From contig JAUCBJ010000459.1 of NCBI GenBank assembly GCA_032718475.1, positions 1 through 64,000 of the forward strand: DNA of 64,000 nt, read 5' to 3'. Shown here piece by piece: positions 20,047 to 41,800 of the stretch. The position numbers and the translations under genes are program-made. The notes beneath the pieces were generated by a model, which was given only the letters and a program-made list of their open reading frames with translations, did no database searches and was not told the DNA's origin. The stretch is from Nemertoderma westbladi (taxonomy: Eukaryota; Animalia; Xenacoelomorpha). How positions within the stretch are numbered: the first letter of the stretch is position 1; every line of letters starts with the position of its first letter.

Positions 20047-23000
20047 TCTGGGTGAACCATCTCTACAAGAGTGAACCATCTCTACAAGAGTGAACCATCT
20101 CTACAAGAGTGAACCATCTCTACCTGAGTGAACCATCTCTACCTGAGTGAACCATCTCTACCTGAGTGAACCATCTCTACCTGAGTGAACCATCTCTACC
20201 TGAGTGAACCAACTCTATCTGGGTGAACCATCTCTACCTGAGTAAACAAACTCTACTCTGAGGTGAACCATCTCTACCTGAGTGAACCATCTCTACCTGA
20301 GTGAACCATCTCTACCTGAGTGAACCATCTCTACCTGATGTGAACCATCTCTACCTGAGTGAACCATCTCTACCTGAGTGAACCATCTCTACCTGAGTGA
20401 ACCATCTCTACCTGTGTGAACCATCTCTACCTGAGTGAACCAACTCTACTGGGTGAACCATCTCTACCTGAGTGAACCAACTCTACCTGGTGAACCATCT
20501 CTACCTGAGTGAACCAACTCTACCTGGGTGAACCATCTCTACCTGAGTGAACCAACTCTACCTGGGTGAACCATCTCTACCAGAGTGAACCATCTCTACC
20601 TGAGTGAACCATCTCTACCTGAGTGAACCATCTCTACAAGAGTGAACCAACTCCTGGGTGAACCATCTCTACATGAGTGAACAAACTCACTGGGTGAACC
20701 ATCTCTACATGAGTGAACCAACTCTGGGTGAACCATCTCTACATGAGTGAACCAATCTACTGGGTGAACCATCTCTACAAGAGTGAACAAACTCTGGGTG
20801 AACCATCTCTACAAGAGTGAACAAACTCTGGGTGAACCATCTCTACATGAGTGAACAAACTCTACTGGTGAACCATCTCTACATGAGTGAACAAACTCTG
20901 TGTGAGCAATCTCTACAAGAGTGAACAAACTCTGGGTGAACCATCTCTACATGAGTGAACAAACTCTGGGTGAACCATCTATACAAGAGTGAACAAACTC
21001 TGGGTGAACCATCTCTACATGAGTGAACAAACTCCTGGGTGAACCATCTCTACAAGAGTGAACAAACTCTGGGTGAACCATCTCTACAAGATTGAACAAA
21101 CTCTGGGTGAACCATCTCTACATGAGTGAACCAACTCTACTGGGTGAACCATCTCTACATGAGCGAACAAACTCTGGGTGAACAAACTCTGAGTGAACAA
21201 ACTCTACTGAGTGAACCAACTCTGAGTGAACAAACTCTGAGTGAACAAACTCTGAGTGAACAAACTCTGAGTGAACCAACTCTGAGTGAACAAACTCTGA
21301 GTGAACCAACTCTGAGTGAACAAACTCTGAGTGAACAAACTCTGAGTGAACAAACTCTGAGTGAACCAACTCTGAGTGAACAAACTCTGAGTGAACCAAC
21401 TCCTGAGTGAACCAACTCCTGAGTGAACCAACTCTGAGGAACAAACTCTGAGTGAACCAACTCTACCTGAGTGAACCAACTCTACCTGAGTGAACCAACT
21501 CTACCTGAGTGAACCAACTCTACCTGAGTGAACCAACTCTACCTGAGTGAACCAACTCTACCTGAGTGAACCAACTCTACCTGAGTGAACAAACTCTACC
21601 TGAGTGAACAAACTCTACCTGAGTGAACCAACTCTACCTGAGTGAACCAACTCTACCTGAGTGAACCAACTCTACCTGAGTGAACCAACTCTACCTGAGT
21701 GAACCAACTCTACCTGAGTGAACAAACTCTACCTGAGTGAACCAACTCTACCTGAGTGAACCAACTCTACCTGAGTGAACCAACTCTACCTGAGTGAACC
21801 AACTCTACCTGAGTGAACCAACTCTACCTGAGTGAACCAACTCTACCTGAGTGAACCAACTCTACCTGAGTGAACCAACTCTACCTGAGTGAACCAACTC
21901 TACCTGAGTGAACAAACTCTACCTGAGTGAACCAACTCTACCTGAGTGAACAAACTCTATCTGAGGTGAACCATCTCTACCAGAGTGAACCATCTGTGAG
22001 TAAACCAACTCTATCTAGGTGAACCATATCTACCTGAGTGAACCATCTCTACCTGAGTAAACAAACTCTATCTGGGTGAACCATCTCTACCTGAGTGAAC
22101 CATCTCTACCTGAGTGAACTATCTCTACCTGAGTGAACCAACTCTATCTGGGTCAACCATCTCTACCAGAGTGAACCATCTCTACCAGACCAGAGTGAAC
22201 CAACTCTATCTGGGTGAACCATCTCTAACTGAGTGAACCCTCTCTACCTGAGTGTACAAACTCTACCTGGGTGAACCATCTCTACCTGAGTGAACAAACT
22301 CTATCTGGGTGAACCATCTCTACCTGAGTAAACAAACTCTATTTGGGTAAACCATCTCTAACTGAGTGAACCATCTCTACCTGAGTGCTAGGTGAACCAT
22401 CTCTACCTGTGTGAACCATCTCTACCTGTGTGAACCATCTCTACCAGAGTGAACCATCTCTACCTGTGTGAACCATCTCTACCAGAGTGAACCATCTCTA
22501 CCTGAGTGAACCATCTCTACCTGAGTGAACCATCTCTACCTGTGTGAACCATCTCTACCTGAGTGAACCATCTCTACCTGTGTGAACCATCTCTACCTGA
22601 GTGAACCATCTCTACCTGTGTGAACCATCTCTACCTGAGTGAACCATCTCTACCTGAGTGAACCATCTCTACCTGAGTGAACCATCTCTACAAGAGTGAA
22701 CCATCTCTACCTGGGTGAACCATCTCTACAAGAGTGAACAAACTCTGGGTGAACCATCTCTACAAGAGTGAACAAACTCTGGGTGAACCATCTCTACAAG
22801 AGTGAACAAACTCTGGGTGAACCATCTCTACAAGAGTGAACAAACTCTGGGTGAACCATCTCTACAAGAGTGAACAAACTCTGGGTGAACCATCTCTACA
22901 AGAGTGAACAAACTCTGGGTGAACCATCTCTACAAGAGTGAACAAACTCTAGGTGAACCATCTCTACAAGAGTGAACAAACTCTGTGTGAACAATCTCTA

Positions 23001-26000
23001 CAAGAGTGAACAAACTCTGGGTGAACCATCTCTACAAGAGTGAACAAACTCTGGGTGAACCATCTATACAAGAGTGAACAAACTCTGGGTGAACCATCTC
23101 TACAAGAGTGAACAAACTCTGGGTGAACCATCTCTACAAGAGTGAACAAACTCTGGGTGAACCATCTCTACAAGATTGAACAAACTCTGGGTGAACCATC
23201 TCTACAAGAGTGAACAAACTCTGGGTGAACCATCTCTACAAGAGCGAACAAACTCTGGGTGAACAAACTCTGAGTGAACAAACTCTGAGTGAACAAACTC
23301 TGAGTGAACAAACTCTGAGTGAACAAACTCTGAGTGAACAAACTCTGAGTGAACAAACTCTGAGTGAACAAACTCTGAGTGAACAAACTCTGAGTGAACA
23401 AACTCTGAGTGAACAAACTCTGAGTGAACAAACTCTGAGTGAACAAACTCTGAGTGAACAAACTCTGAGTGAACAAACTCTGAGTGAACAAACTCTGAGT
23501 GAACAAACTCTGAGAGAACAAACTCTGAGTGAACAAACTCTACCTGAGTGAACAAACTCTACCTGAGTGAACAAACTCTACCTGAGTGAACAAACTCTAC
23601 CTGAGTGAACAAACTCTACCTGAGTGAACAAACTCTACCTGAGTGAACAAACTCTACCTGAGTGAACAAACTCTACCTGAGTGAACAAACTCTACCTGAG
23701 TGAACAAACTCTACCTGAGTGAACAAACTCTACCTGAGTGAACAAACTCTACCTGAGTGAACAAACTCTACCTGAGTGAACAAACTCTACCTGAGTGAAC
23801 AAACTCTACCTGAGTGAACAAACTCTACCTGAGTGAACAAACTCTACCTGAGTGAACAAACTCTACCTGAGTGAACAAACTCTACCTGAGTGAACAAACT
23901 CTACCTGAGTGAACAAACTCTACCTGAGTGAACAAACTCTACCTGAGTGAACAAACTCTACCTGAGTGAACAAACTCTACCTGAGTGAACAAACTCTACC
24001 TGAGTGAACAAACTCTACCTGAGTGAACAAACTCTATCTAGGTGAACCCTCTCTACCAGAGTGAACCATCTGTGAGTAAACAAACTCTATCTAGGTGAAC
24101 CATATCTACCACAGTGAACTATCTCTACCTGAGTAAACAAACTCTATCTGGGTGAACCATCTCTACCAGAGTGAACCATCTCTACCTGAGTGAACTATCT
24201 TTACCTGAGTGAACAAACTCTATCTGGGTCAACCATCTCTACCAGAGTGAACCATCTCTACCAGACCAGAGTGAACAAACTCTATCTGGGTGAACCATCT
24301 CTAACTGAGTGAACCCTCTCTACCTGAGTGTACAAACTCTACCTGGGTGAACCATCTCTACCTGAGTGAACAAACTCTATCTGGGTGAACCATCTGTACC
24401 TGAGTAAACAAACTCTATTTGGGTAAACCATCTCTAACAGAGTGAACCATCTCTACCTGAGTGCTAGGTGAACCATCTCTACCTGTGTGAACCATCTCTA
24501 CCTGTGTGAACCATCTCTACCAGAGTGAACCATCTCTACCTGTGTGAACCATCTCTACCAGAGTGAACCATCTCTACCTGTGTGAACCATCTCTACCAGA
24601 GTGAACCATCTCTACCTGTGTGAACCATCTCTACCAGAGTGAACCATCTCTACCTGTGTGAACCATCTCTACCAGAGTGAACCATCTCTACCTGTGTGAA
24701 CCATCTCTACCAGAGTGAACCATCTCTACCTGTGTGAACCATCTCTACCAGAGTGAACCATCTCTACAAGAGTGAACCATCTCTACCTGTGTGAACCATC
24801 TCTACAAGAGTGAACAAACTCTGGGTGAACCATCTCTACAAGAGTGAACAAACTCTGGGTGAACCATCTCCTCAAGAGTGAACAAACTCTGGGTGAACCA
24901 TCTCTACAAGAGTGAACAAACTCTGGGTGAACCATCTCTACAAGAGTGAACAAACTCTGGGTGAACCATCTCTACAAGAGTGAACAAACTCTGGGTGAAC
25001 CATCTCTACAAGAGTGAACAAACTCTGGGTGAACCATCTCTACAAGAGTGAACAAACTCTGGGTGAACCCTCTCTACAAGAGTGAACAAACTCTGGGTGA
25101 ACCATCTCTACAAGAGTGAACAAACTCTGGGTGAACCATCTCTACAAGAGTGAACAAACTCTGGGTGAACCATCTCTACAAGAGTGAACAAACTCTGGGT
25201 GAACCATCTCTACAAGAGTGAACAAACTCTGTGTGAACAATCTCTACAAGAGTGAACAAACTCTGGGTGAACCATCTCTACAAGAGTGAACAAACTCTGG
25301 GTGAACCATCTATACAAGAGTGAACAAACTCTGGGTGAACCATCTCTACAAGAGTGAACAAACTCTGGGTGAACCATCTCTACAAGAGTGAACAAACTCT
25401 GGGTGAACCATCTCTACAAGAGTGAACAAACTCTGGGTGAACCATCTCTACAAGAGTGAACAAACTCTGGGTGAACCATCTCTACAAGAGCGAACAAACT
25501 CTGGGTGAACCATCTCTACAAGAGTGAACAAACTCTGGGTGAACCATCTCTACAAGAGTGAACAAACTCTGGGTGAACCATCTCTACAAGAGTGAACAAA
25601 CTCTGGGTGAACCATCTCTACAAGAGTGAACACCTGAGTACCTGAGTGAACACCTGAGAACCTGAGTGAACAAACTCTGAGTGAACAAACTCTGAGTGAA
25701 CAAACTCTGAGTGAACAAACTCTGAGTGAACAAACTCTGAGTGAACAAACTCTGAGTGAACAAACTCTGAGTGAACAAACTCTGAGTGAACAAACTCTGA
25801 GTGAACAAACTCTGAGTGAACAAACTCTGAGTGAACAAACTCTGAGTGAACAAACTCTAAGTGAACAAACTCTAAGTGAACAAACTCTGAGTGAACAAAC
25901 TCTTAGTGAACAAACTCTGAGTGAACAAACTCTGAGTGAACAAAACTCTGAGTGAACAAACTCTGAGTGAACAAACTCTGAGTGAACAAACTCTGAGTGA

Positions 26001-26799
26001 ACAAACTCTGAGTGAACAAACTCTGAGTGAACAAACTCTGAGTGAACAAACTCTGAGTGAACAAACTCTGAGTGAACAAACTCTGAGTGAACAAACTCTG
26101 AGTGAACAAACTCTGAGTGAACAAACTCTGAGTGAACAAACTCTGAGTGAACAATCTCTGAGTGAACAAACTCTGAGTGAACAAACTCTGAGTGAACAAA
26201 CTCTGAGAGAACAAACTCTGAGTGAACAAACTCTACCTGAGTGAACAAACTCTACCTGAGTGAACAAACTCTACCTGAGTGAACAAACTCTACCTGAGTG
26301 AACAAACTCTACCTGAGTGAACAAACTCTACCTGAGTGAACAAACTCTACCTGAGTGAACAAACTCTACCTGAGTGAACAAACTCTACCTGAGTGAACAA
26401 ACTCTACCTGAGTGAACAAACTCTACCTGAGTGAACAAACTCTACCTGAGTGAACAAACTCTACCTGAGTGAACAAACTCTACCTGAGTGAACAAACTCT
26501 ACCTGAGTGAACAAACTCTACCTGAGTGAACAAACTCTACCTGAGTGAACAAACTCTACCTGAGTGAACAAACTCTACCTGAGTGAACAAACTCTACCTG
26601 AGTGAACAAACTCTACCTGAGTGAACAAACTCTACCTGAGTGAACAAACTCTACCTGAGTGAACAAACTCTACCTGAGTGAAAAACTCTACCTGAGTGAA
26701 CAAACTCTACCTGAGTGAACAAACTCTACCTGAGTGAACAAACTCTACCTGAGTGAACAAACTCTATCTAGGTGAACCCTCTCTACCAGAGTGAACCAT

Positions 26800-26800
<1 letters not shown>
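20047..26800. repeat. GTGAAC-family satellite (15-, 19- and 34-bp variants) with ~2.1-kb higher-order repeat
   Basis: Units gtgaaccatctctacctga, gtgaacaaactctga and gtgaacaaactctacctga. Landmark gagtgctaggtgaacc at ~22383 and ~24459. Confidence 0.95.
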
Positions 26801-35217
<8,417 letters not shown>

Positions 35218-35239
35218 ATTAATTATTATTAAATTTTAT

Positions 35240-35422
35240 TAAAATTAATTATTACAAACCGCTGTATGTAATACACTTAATTAATTATTACAAACCGCGG
35301 TATATTACACAATTAATTAATTATTACAAACCGCTGTATGTAACACACTTAATTAATTATTACAAACCGCGGTATGTTACACAATTAATTAATTATTACA
35401 AACCGCGGTATGTTACACAATT
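35240..35422. repeat. 35/39-bp minisatellite, ~5 copies
   Basis: aattaattattacaaaccgc(g/t)gtat...acac. Confidence 0.85.
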
Positions 35423-35971
35423 ATATATAAAAAACCACCGCGACACATTAAACATTATATAAATATAAATATCAACAATTCTATAATTTATAGGCCTACA
35501 TATTATACTTATAAATAAACCATAATATATATTATTAAGAACTATTTTACAATAGACCTACTTACAACACATGTATGTTAGTATACCCATCGGGATTACT
35601 GTAAGGATTTCATTTCCACTACATGTCCGAGCGCACTCGAGCACTCGACGTAGTATTATATCCCAATTATTATGATAATTAATACCAGAATTGCTAATTC
35701 GTTTAAAGGTTTCAAAGGTTCTCCGCCAAGATTTCAACAGTTACATAATTATGTGAGAGTTGATTCATTTACACAAAAATATAATCTCCTTGATACCACA
35801 GTATACAATAAATAAATGCGACATTGGGGGGGGGGGGGGGGGGGGGGTGCCGTCTTGATACCACAGCATACTATACAATAATTAATGCGACATTGGGGCG
35901 GGGGGGGGGGGGGATATTAAATCACCGGACTGCCGGTAGCGGCTAATAATGATTTTATGTATATAACTTAC

Positions 35972-36157
35972 CCCCTCCTGCTGCTGCTGGATAAACCGGC
36001 GCCAGACTTCAACACTAATTCCTTCCTCGATGGTATCCGCGAAAATCCCTGACTCTCGGTGCTCACGGCGAAGGCGACAGGTTGTCACTTTATGTCGCTT
36101 CGGTAAGCATTGCCCATGGCAATAGGAACAGGTAATGGCTTTTCTAGGTTTACCCAT
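35972..36157 (-). CDS. Predicted coding exon 1 (62 aa) with CCHC zinc-knuckle-like motif
   Basis: ATG at 36157; MGKPRKAITCSYCHGQCLPKRHKVTTC contains C-x2-C-x8-H-x4-C. Donor GGG|GTAAGT at 35971-35966 is phase 0, compatible with exon 2. Confidence 0.6.
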
Positions 36158-36158
36158 T

Positions 36159-36776
36159 CTATGAGTTTAAACACAAAAAATCATTTCACCACACATAATT
36201 ACCGCCTAACAACAGATATTCAAATAAACATACTTCTATATACAATTGTAGTACGGTACAATATAAAATATAACTGCTGATAAAATAATGTGAATTGTGA
36301 AAGACACGGCCTGATAAAATAATAGTTTTAAGTACCAGTATAGCTATAGCTAAGTGCATAATGTATGATGAGATAACCAAACTGCTAAACTCTCCCTTTA
36401 TGGCAGAAGTACCGGTACTCCTCTATAATAATATAAACATACAAAATTGACTGAGCAGAAAATATTGCTTTATTTCAACTTCAGTTATAGTTATAATTAC
36501 AATTACAGTCTATTACTGTAGTAGGCTTACCAATTTTGTTTAGGCCTACTAAATACCGGTAATCATATTAATAACCTACACGTACACGTAGGCCCTACCA
36601 CACAAATAGGCCATATTACAGTATTAAATAAGAAGGGCATATGATAGATATGCCCATAGGCAGATCCGACTACCGGTAGCCTATATCTGTATATGTTGAT
36701 TTAAAAAAACGTCGGCTTATTCACTAATGTAGGCCAGTAGGCCTATGTTACCAGTATGTAACTTTATAAGACTCAC
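36159..36776 (-). other. Predicted 5'UTR intron of the Rep-Hel gene
   Basis: Donor GAG|GTGAGT (36776-36771) and T-rich acceptor ttttttgtgtttaaactcatag ending at 36159, 1 nt before the ATG. Confidence 0.4.
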
Positions 36777-37500
36777 CTCTTTGGCAAAGTAAACAATCGG
36801 CCAAACGTTCGTTTTGCACTTGCGATGACAACTAATACAAAAAGTTATTCAACTGAACCGGAAGATTAATGAATTCTTCTAGTATCTGTCTGCAAAACCG
36901 TTGTATAAGATGTTAATTCAATATAACGCAATAAGATTATATTCAATTTAATTCGCATAGGGTTAGCCTAAAAAAGTAGGTAAAATTACAATTCAGAGTA
37001 CAGGAATTCCGGTACCGGTCACCCGGTAGGCCTACAGTTTGCAGTTCAGTTCAGCAGTAACCCTACTTCCGATTCTGGATTCACAGAAAGGCCTACTTTC
37101 TTCGAAATCATGTAGTGTCAGCGCTATGCACTGTCAGTGTGCGGAGATACCGCCATAGATCGATGTGACTATGATGTTACAATGCTTGCCAATCACTGAA
37201 TTTTGCATTTAGCTTTGAGCACTGCGCTGCGAGAATAACTGAATAATGCGACTGTAAAGTGTAATTGCGCTGCAAAGTGAGTGTAAAACACCGCAAAAAC
37301 AACTGGCCTGTCAGTGCAAAGCTGCAAAGTGTAGGGCCTAGGCCTATATGTTATCCGTGGTTTACAGCTTTAGTTAGGAATATATGCAGATATGCTTAGG
37401 ACTACTGCTACGGACTGGTATCTGGCAGTCTGGGTATAGGATCAATGAATAGCTATCTCTACCCGTATACAGTTAGGCCTACAGGTAAGTAAGTACGCCT
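36777..37500. promoter_or_regulatory. Probable promoter / first-exon region of the Rep-Hel gene
   Basis: Unique-sequence island upstream of the predicted UTR donor. Contains a CCGGAAG (ETS-type core, ~36858) and many TAGGCCTA palindromes. Positional inference only. Confidence 0.3.
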
Positions 37501-38124
37501 ATCAGACAGGAGACAAAGACCTAACTTCAGAACTCACATTTGTAGAACCTTTATGTATACATACGCCTATTGCAGCCATATTGCTGCAGTGCTGTATTGA
37601 TATAGTCAGATAGTAGGCCTACGTACTGCCGTCTGGCTGTAATGGCAGAACGGGATAGCCTAATATGCAGATGGCAGAATTTAAACAATGAAGTACTGAA
37701 GTAGGCTACATATTTTAAAGGACCGAATGACGCAGAACCTTACAACACCTCAAAATAAAAACGCAAAACAGCAGGCTGGCAGCTGGCCTACTTTAATTAA
37801 TTAAATATAAAAAATTAAATAAAATATAAAAACTTAAATAATTACTAGGCCTACCGATAGTAAATAATGCAGTAATGCAGTAACGGCAATCTAATATCAG
37901 AAAATAATGGCAGAGATTAAACTTTACCAGAGTTATCCGTTAAGGAATCTAAATTAACTTAGCCATGGTGTATTATATATATTAATTTAGACCACCCTGT
38001 ACTCAGGCACTGGAGCATCCCTCAGGGGCTGTCGTCCAATTAGAGAGCAGAAGCTCTGCAGGCAGCATCCTAATAAGTCAGAGACGACAATAACAAGGCC
38101 AGTTTAATTGGGCAACCCAGACAG

Positions 38125-38304
38125 TTGCTCTCCATAGAGCTAATGGGGAACTGTTTGGCCTATGGCGCCAACAACTATATGTGTGGCTAATCTCATGTCA
38201 AAACCACATCAACTTGCTCTCCATAGAGCTAATGGGGAACTGTTTGGCCTATGGCGCCAACAACTAAATGTGTGGCTAATCTCATGTCAAAACCACATCA
38301 ACTT
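38125..38304. repeat. 89-bp tandem duplication
   Basis: ttgctctccatagagctaatggggaactg... at 38125 and 38214. Confidence 0.9.
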
Positions 38305-38810
38305 ACACGGGAGATCAATAGGCCACCGTACCTGTGTGTAACCAACCGCATAAACACACCATCTTATGGAATGCTTTATTCAACACCGACTCATCCAATC
38401 GTTGTATAATAATTATATCAAACCAGATAGGGATTGGAATCTTCTACCTTGCACGTGCGCATATCACATACGTGCGCATATTATGCAACACAATCATGAA
38501 AGCAGACAACCGAAACCGACAGACATTATTTACACATAATTATATATTGAGGGAAAGGAACAGGTTACATTAGATGATTATTATAAACAAAAAAATAAAC
38601 GACAGACAATCATAACAGGTTACAAATCGGGTGTAGAATTTAATGTCTATCCAATGGGGTTTTATAGGATGTTAGATGTTACACGTCTAAACGGATCTAC
38701 AAGTCTTACAAAATGTACAGTTACTAATGATACGAGGGTGGCAAGATAGGAGGAGGGGGGGGGGGGGTCGTCATTAAGAGTTAGTGATATGAGTTACATG
38801 TTAGAAACAA

Positions 38811-41800
38811 GTGTATACCACGGTTAGTACAAGCATAGAGTATACCACGGTAAGTACAAACATAGAGTATACCACGGTTAGTACAAACATAGAGTATACC
38901 ACGGTTAGTACAAACATAGAGTATACCACGGTTAGTACAAGCATAGAGTATACCACGGTTAGTACAAGCATAGAGTATACCACGGTTAGTACAAACATAG
39001 AGTATACCACGGTTAGTACAAGCATATAGTATACCACGGTTAGTACAAGCATAGAGTATACCACGGTAAGTACAAGCATAGAGTATACCACGGTTAGTAC
39101 AAACATAGAGTATACCACGGTAAGTACAAACATAGAGTATACCACGGTTAGTACAAGCATATAGTATACCACGGTTAGTACAAGCATAGAGTATACCACG
39201 GTAAGTACAAGCATATAGTATACCACGGTAAGTACAAGCATAGAGTATACCACGGTTAGTACAAGCATAGAGTATACCACGGTTAGTACAAGCATAGAGT
39301 ATACCACGGTTAGTACAAGCATAGAGTATACCACGGTAAGTACAAGTATATAGTATACCACGGTAAGTACAAGCATAGAGTATACCACGGTTAGTACAAG
39401 CATAGAGTATACCACGGTTAGTACAAACATAGAGTATACCACGGTAAGTACAAGCATATAGTATACCACGGTAAGTACAAACATAGAGTATACCACGGTT
39501 AGTACAAGCATAGAGTATACCACGGTTAGTACAAACATAGAGTATACCACGGTTAGTACAAGCATAGAGTATACCACGGTTAGTACAAGCATAGAGTATA
39601 CCACGGTATGTACAAGCATAGAGTATACTACGGTTAGTACAAGCATAGAGTATACCACGGTTAGTACAAGCATAGAGTATACCACGGTTAGTACAAACAT
39701 AGAGTATACCACGGTTAGTACAAGCATAGAGTATACCACGGTAAGTACAAGCATATAGTATACCACGGTAAGTACAAGCATAGAGTATACCACGGTTAGT
39801 ACAAGCATAGAGTATACCACGGTTAGTACAAACATAGAGTATACCACGGTTAGTACAAGCATAGAGTATACCACGGTTAGTACAATCATAGAGTATACCA
39901 CGGTAAGTACAAGCATATAGTATACCACGGTAAGTACAAGCATAGAGTATACCACGGTTAGTACAAGCATAGAGTATACCACGGTTAGTACAAACATAGA
40001 GTATACCACGGTTAGTACAAGCATAGAGTATACCACGGTTTGTACAAGCATAGAGTATACCACGGTAAGTACAAGCATATAGTATACCACGGTAAGTACA
40101 AGCATATAGTATACCACGGTTAGTATACAAGCATATAGTTTACCACGGTTAGTACAAACATAGAGTATACCACGGTTAGTACAAACATAGAGTATACCAC
40201 GGTTAGTACAAGCATATAGTATACCACGGTTAGTACAAGCATAGAGTATACCACGGTTAGTACAAGCATATAGTATACCACGGTTAGTACAAACATAGAG
40301 TATACCGCGGTTAGTACAAGCATATAGTATACCACGGTTAGTACAAGCATATAGTATACCACGGTTAGTACAAACATAGAGTATACCACGGTAAGTACAA
40401 GCATATAGTATACCACGGTTAGTACAAGCATATAGTATACCACGGTTAGTACAAGCATATAATATACCACGGTTAGTACAAGCATATAGTATACCACGGT
40501 TAGTACAAGCATAGAGTATACCACGGTTAGTACAAGCATATAGTATACCACGGTTAGTACAAACATAGAGTATACCGCGGTTAGTACAAGCATATAGTAT
40601 ACCACGGTTAGTACAAGCATATAGTATACCACGGTTAGTACAAACATAGAGTATACCACGGTAAGTACAAGCATATAGTATACCACGGTTAGTACAAGCA
40701 TATAGTTTACCACGGTTAGTACAAGCATAGAGTATACCACGGTAAGTACAAACATAAGAGTATACCACGGTTAGTACAAGCATAGAGTATACCACGGTTA
40801 GTACAAGCATAGAGTATACCACGGTAAGTACAAACATAGAGTATACCACGGTTAGTACAAGCATGTAGAGTGTACCACGGTTAGTACAAGCATAGAGTAT
40901 ACCACGGTAAGTACAAACATAAGAGTATACCACGGTTAGTACAAACAGAGAGTATACCACGGTTAGTACAAGCATATAGTATACCACGGTTAGTACAAGC
41001 ATATAGTATACCACGGTTAGTACAAACATAGAGTATACCACGGTAAGTACAAGCATATAGTATACCACGGTTAGTACAAGCATATAGTATACCACGGTTA
41101 GTACAAGCATATAGTATACCACGGTTAGTACAAACATAGAGTATTCCACGGTAAGTACAAGCATATAGTATACCACGGTTAGTACAAGCATATAGTTTAC
41201 CACGGTTAGTACAAGCATAGAGTATACCACGGTAAGTACAAACATAAGAGTATACCACGGTTAGTACAAGCATAGAGTATACCACGGTTAGTACAAGCAT
41301 AGAGTATACCACGGTAAGTACAAACATAGAGTATACCACGGTTAGTACAAGCATATAGTTTACCACGGTTAGTACAAGCATAGAGTATACCACGGTAAGT
41401 ACAAACATAAGAGTATACCACGGTTAGTACAAACATAGAGTATACCACGGTTAGTACAAGCATATAGTATACCACGGTTAGTACAAGCATATAGTATACC
41501 ACGGTTAGTACAAACATAGAGTATACCACGGTAAGTACAAGCATATAGTATACCACGGTTAGTACAAGCATATAGTATACCACGGTTAGTACAAGCATAT
41601 AGTATACCACGGTTAGTACAAACATAGAGTATACCACGGTAAGTACAAGCATATAGTATACCACGGTTAGTACAAGCATATAGTTTACCACGGTTAGTAC
41701 AAGCATAGAGTATACCACGGTAAGTACAAACATAAGAGTATACCACGGTTAGTACAAGCATAGAGTATACCACGGTTAGTACAAGCATAGAGTATACCAC

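Noticed and set aside
35560-35750. Extra minus-strand exon ending at a GTAAGT donor (35565)
   Set aside because: No convincing acceptor or phase-compatible open frame; not needed for the gene model.
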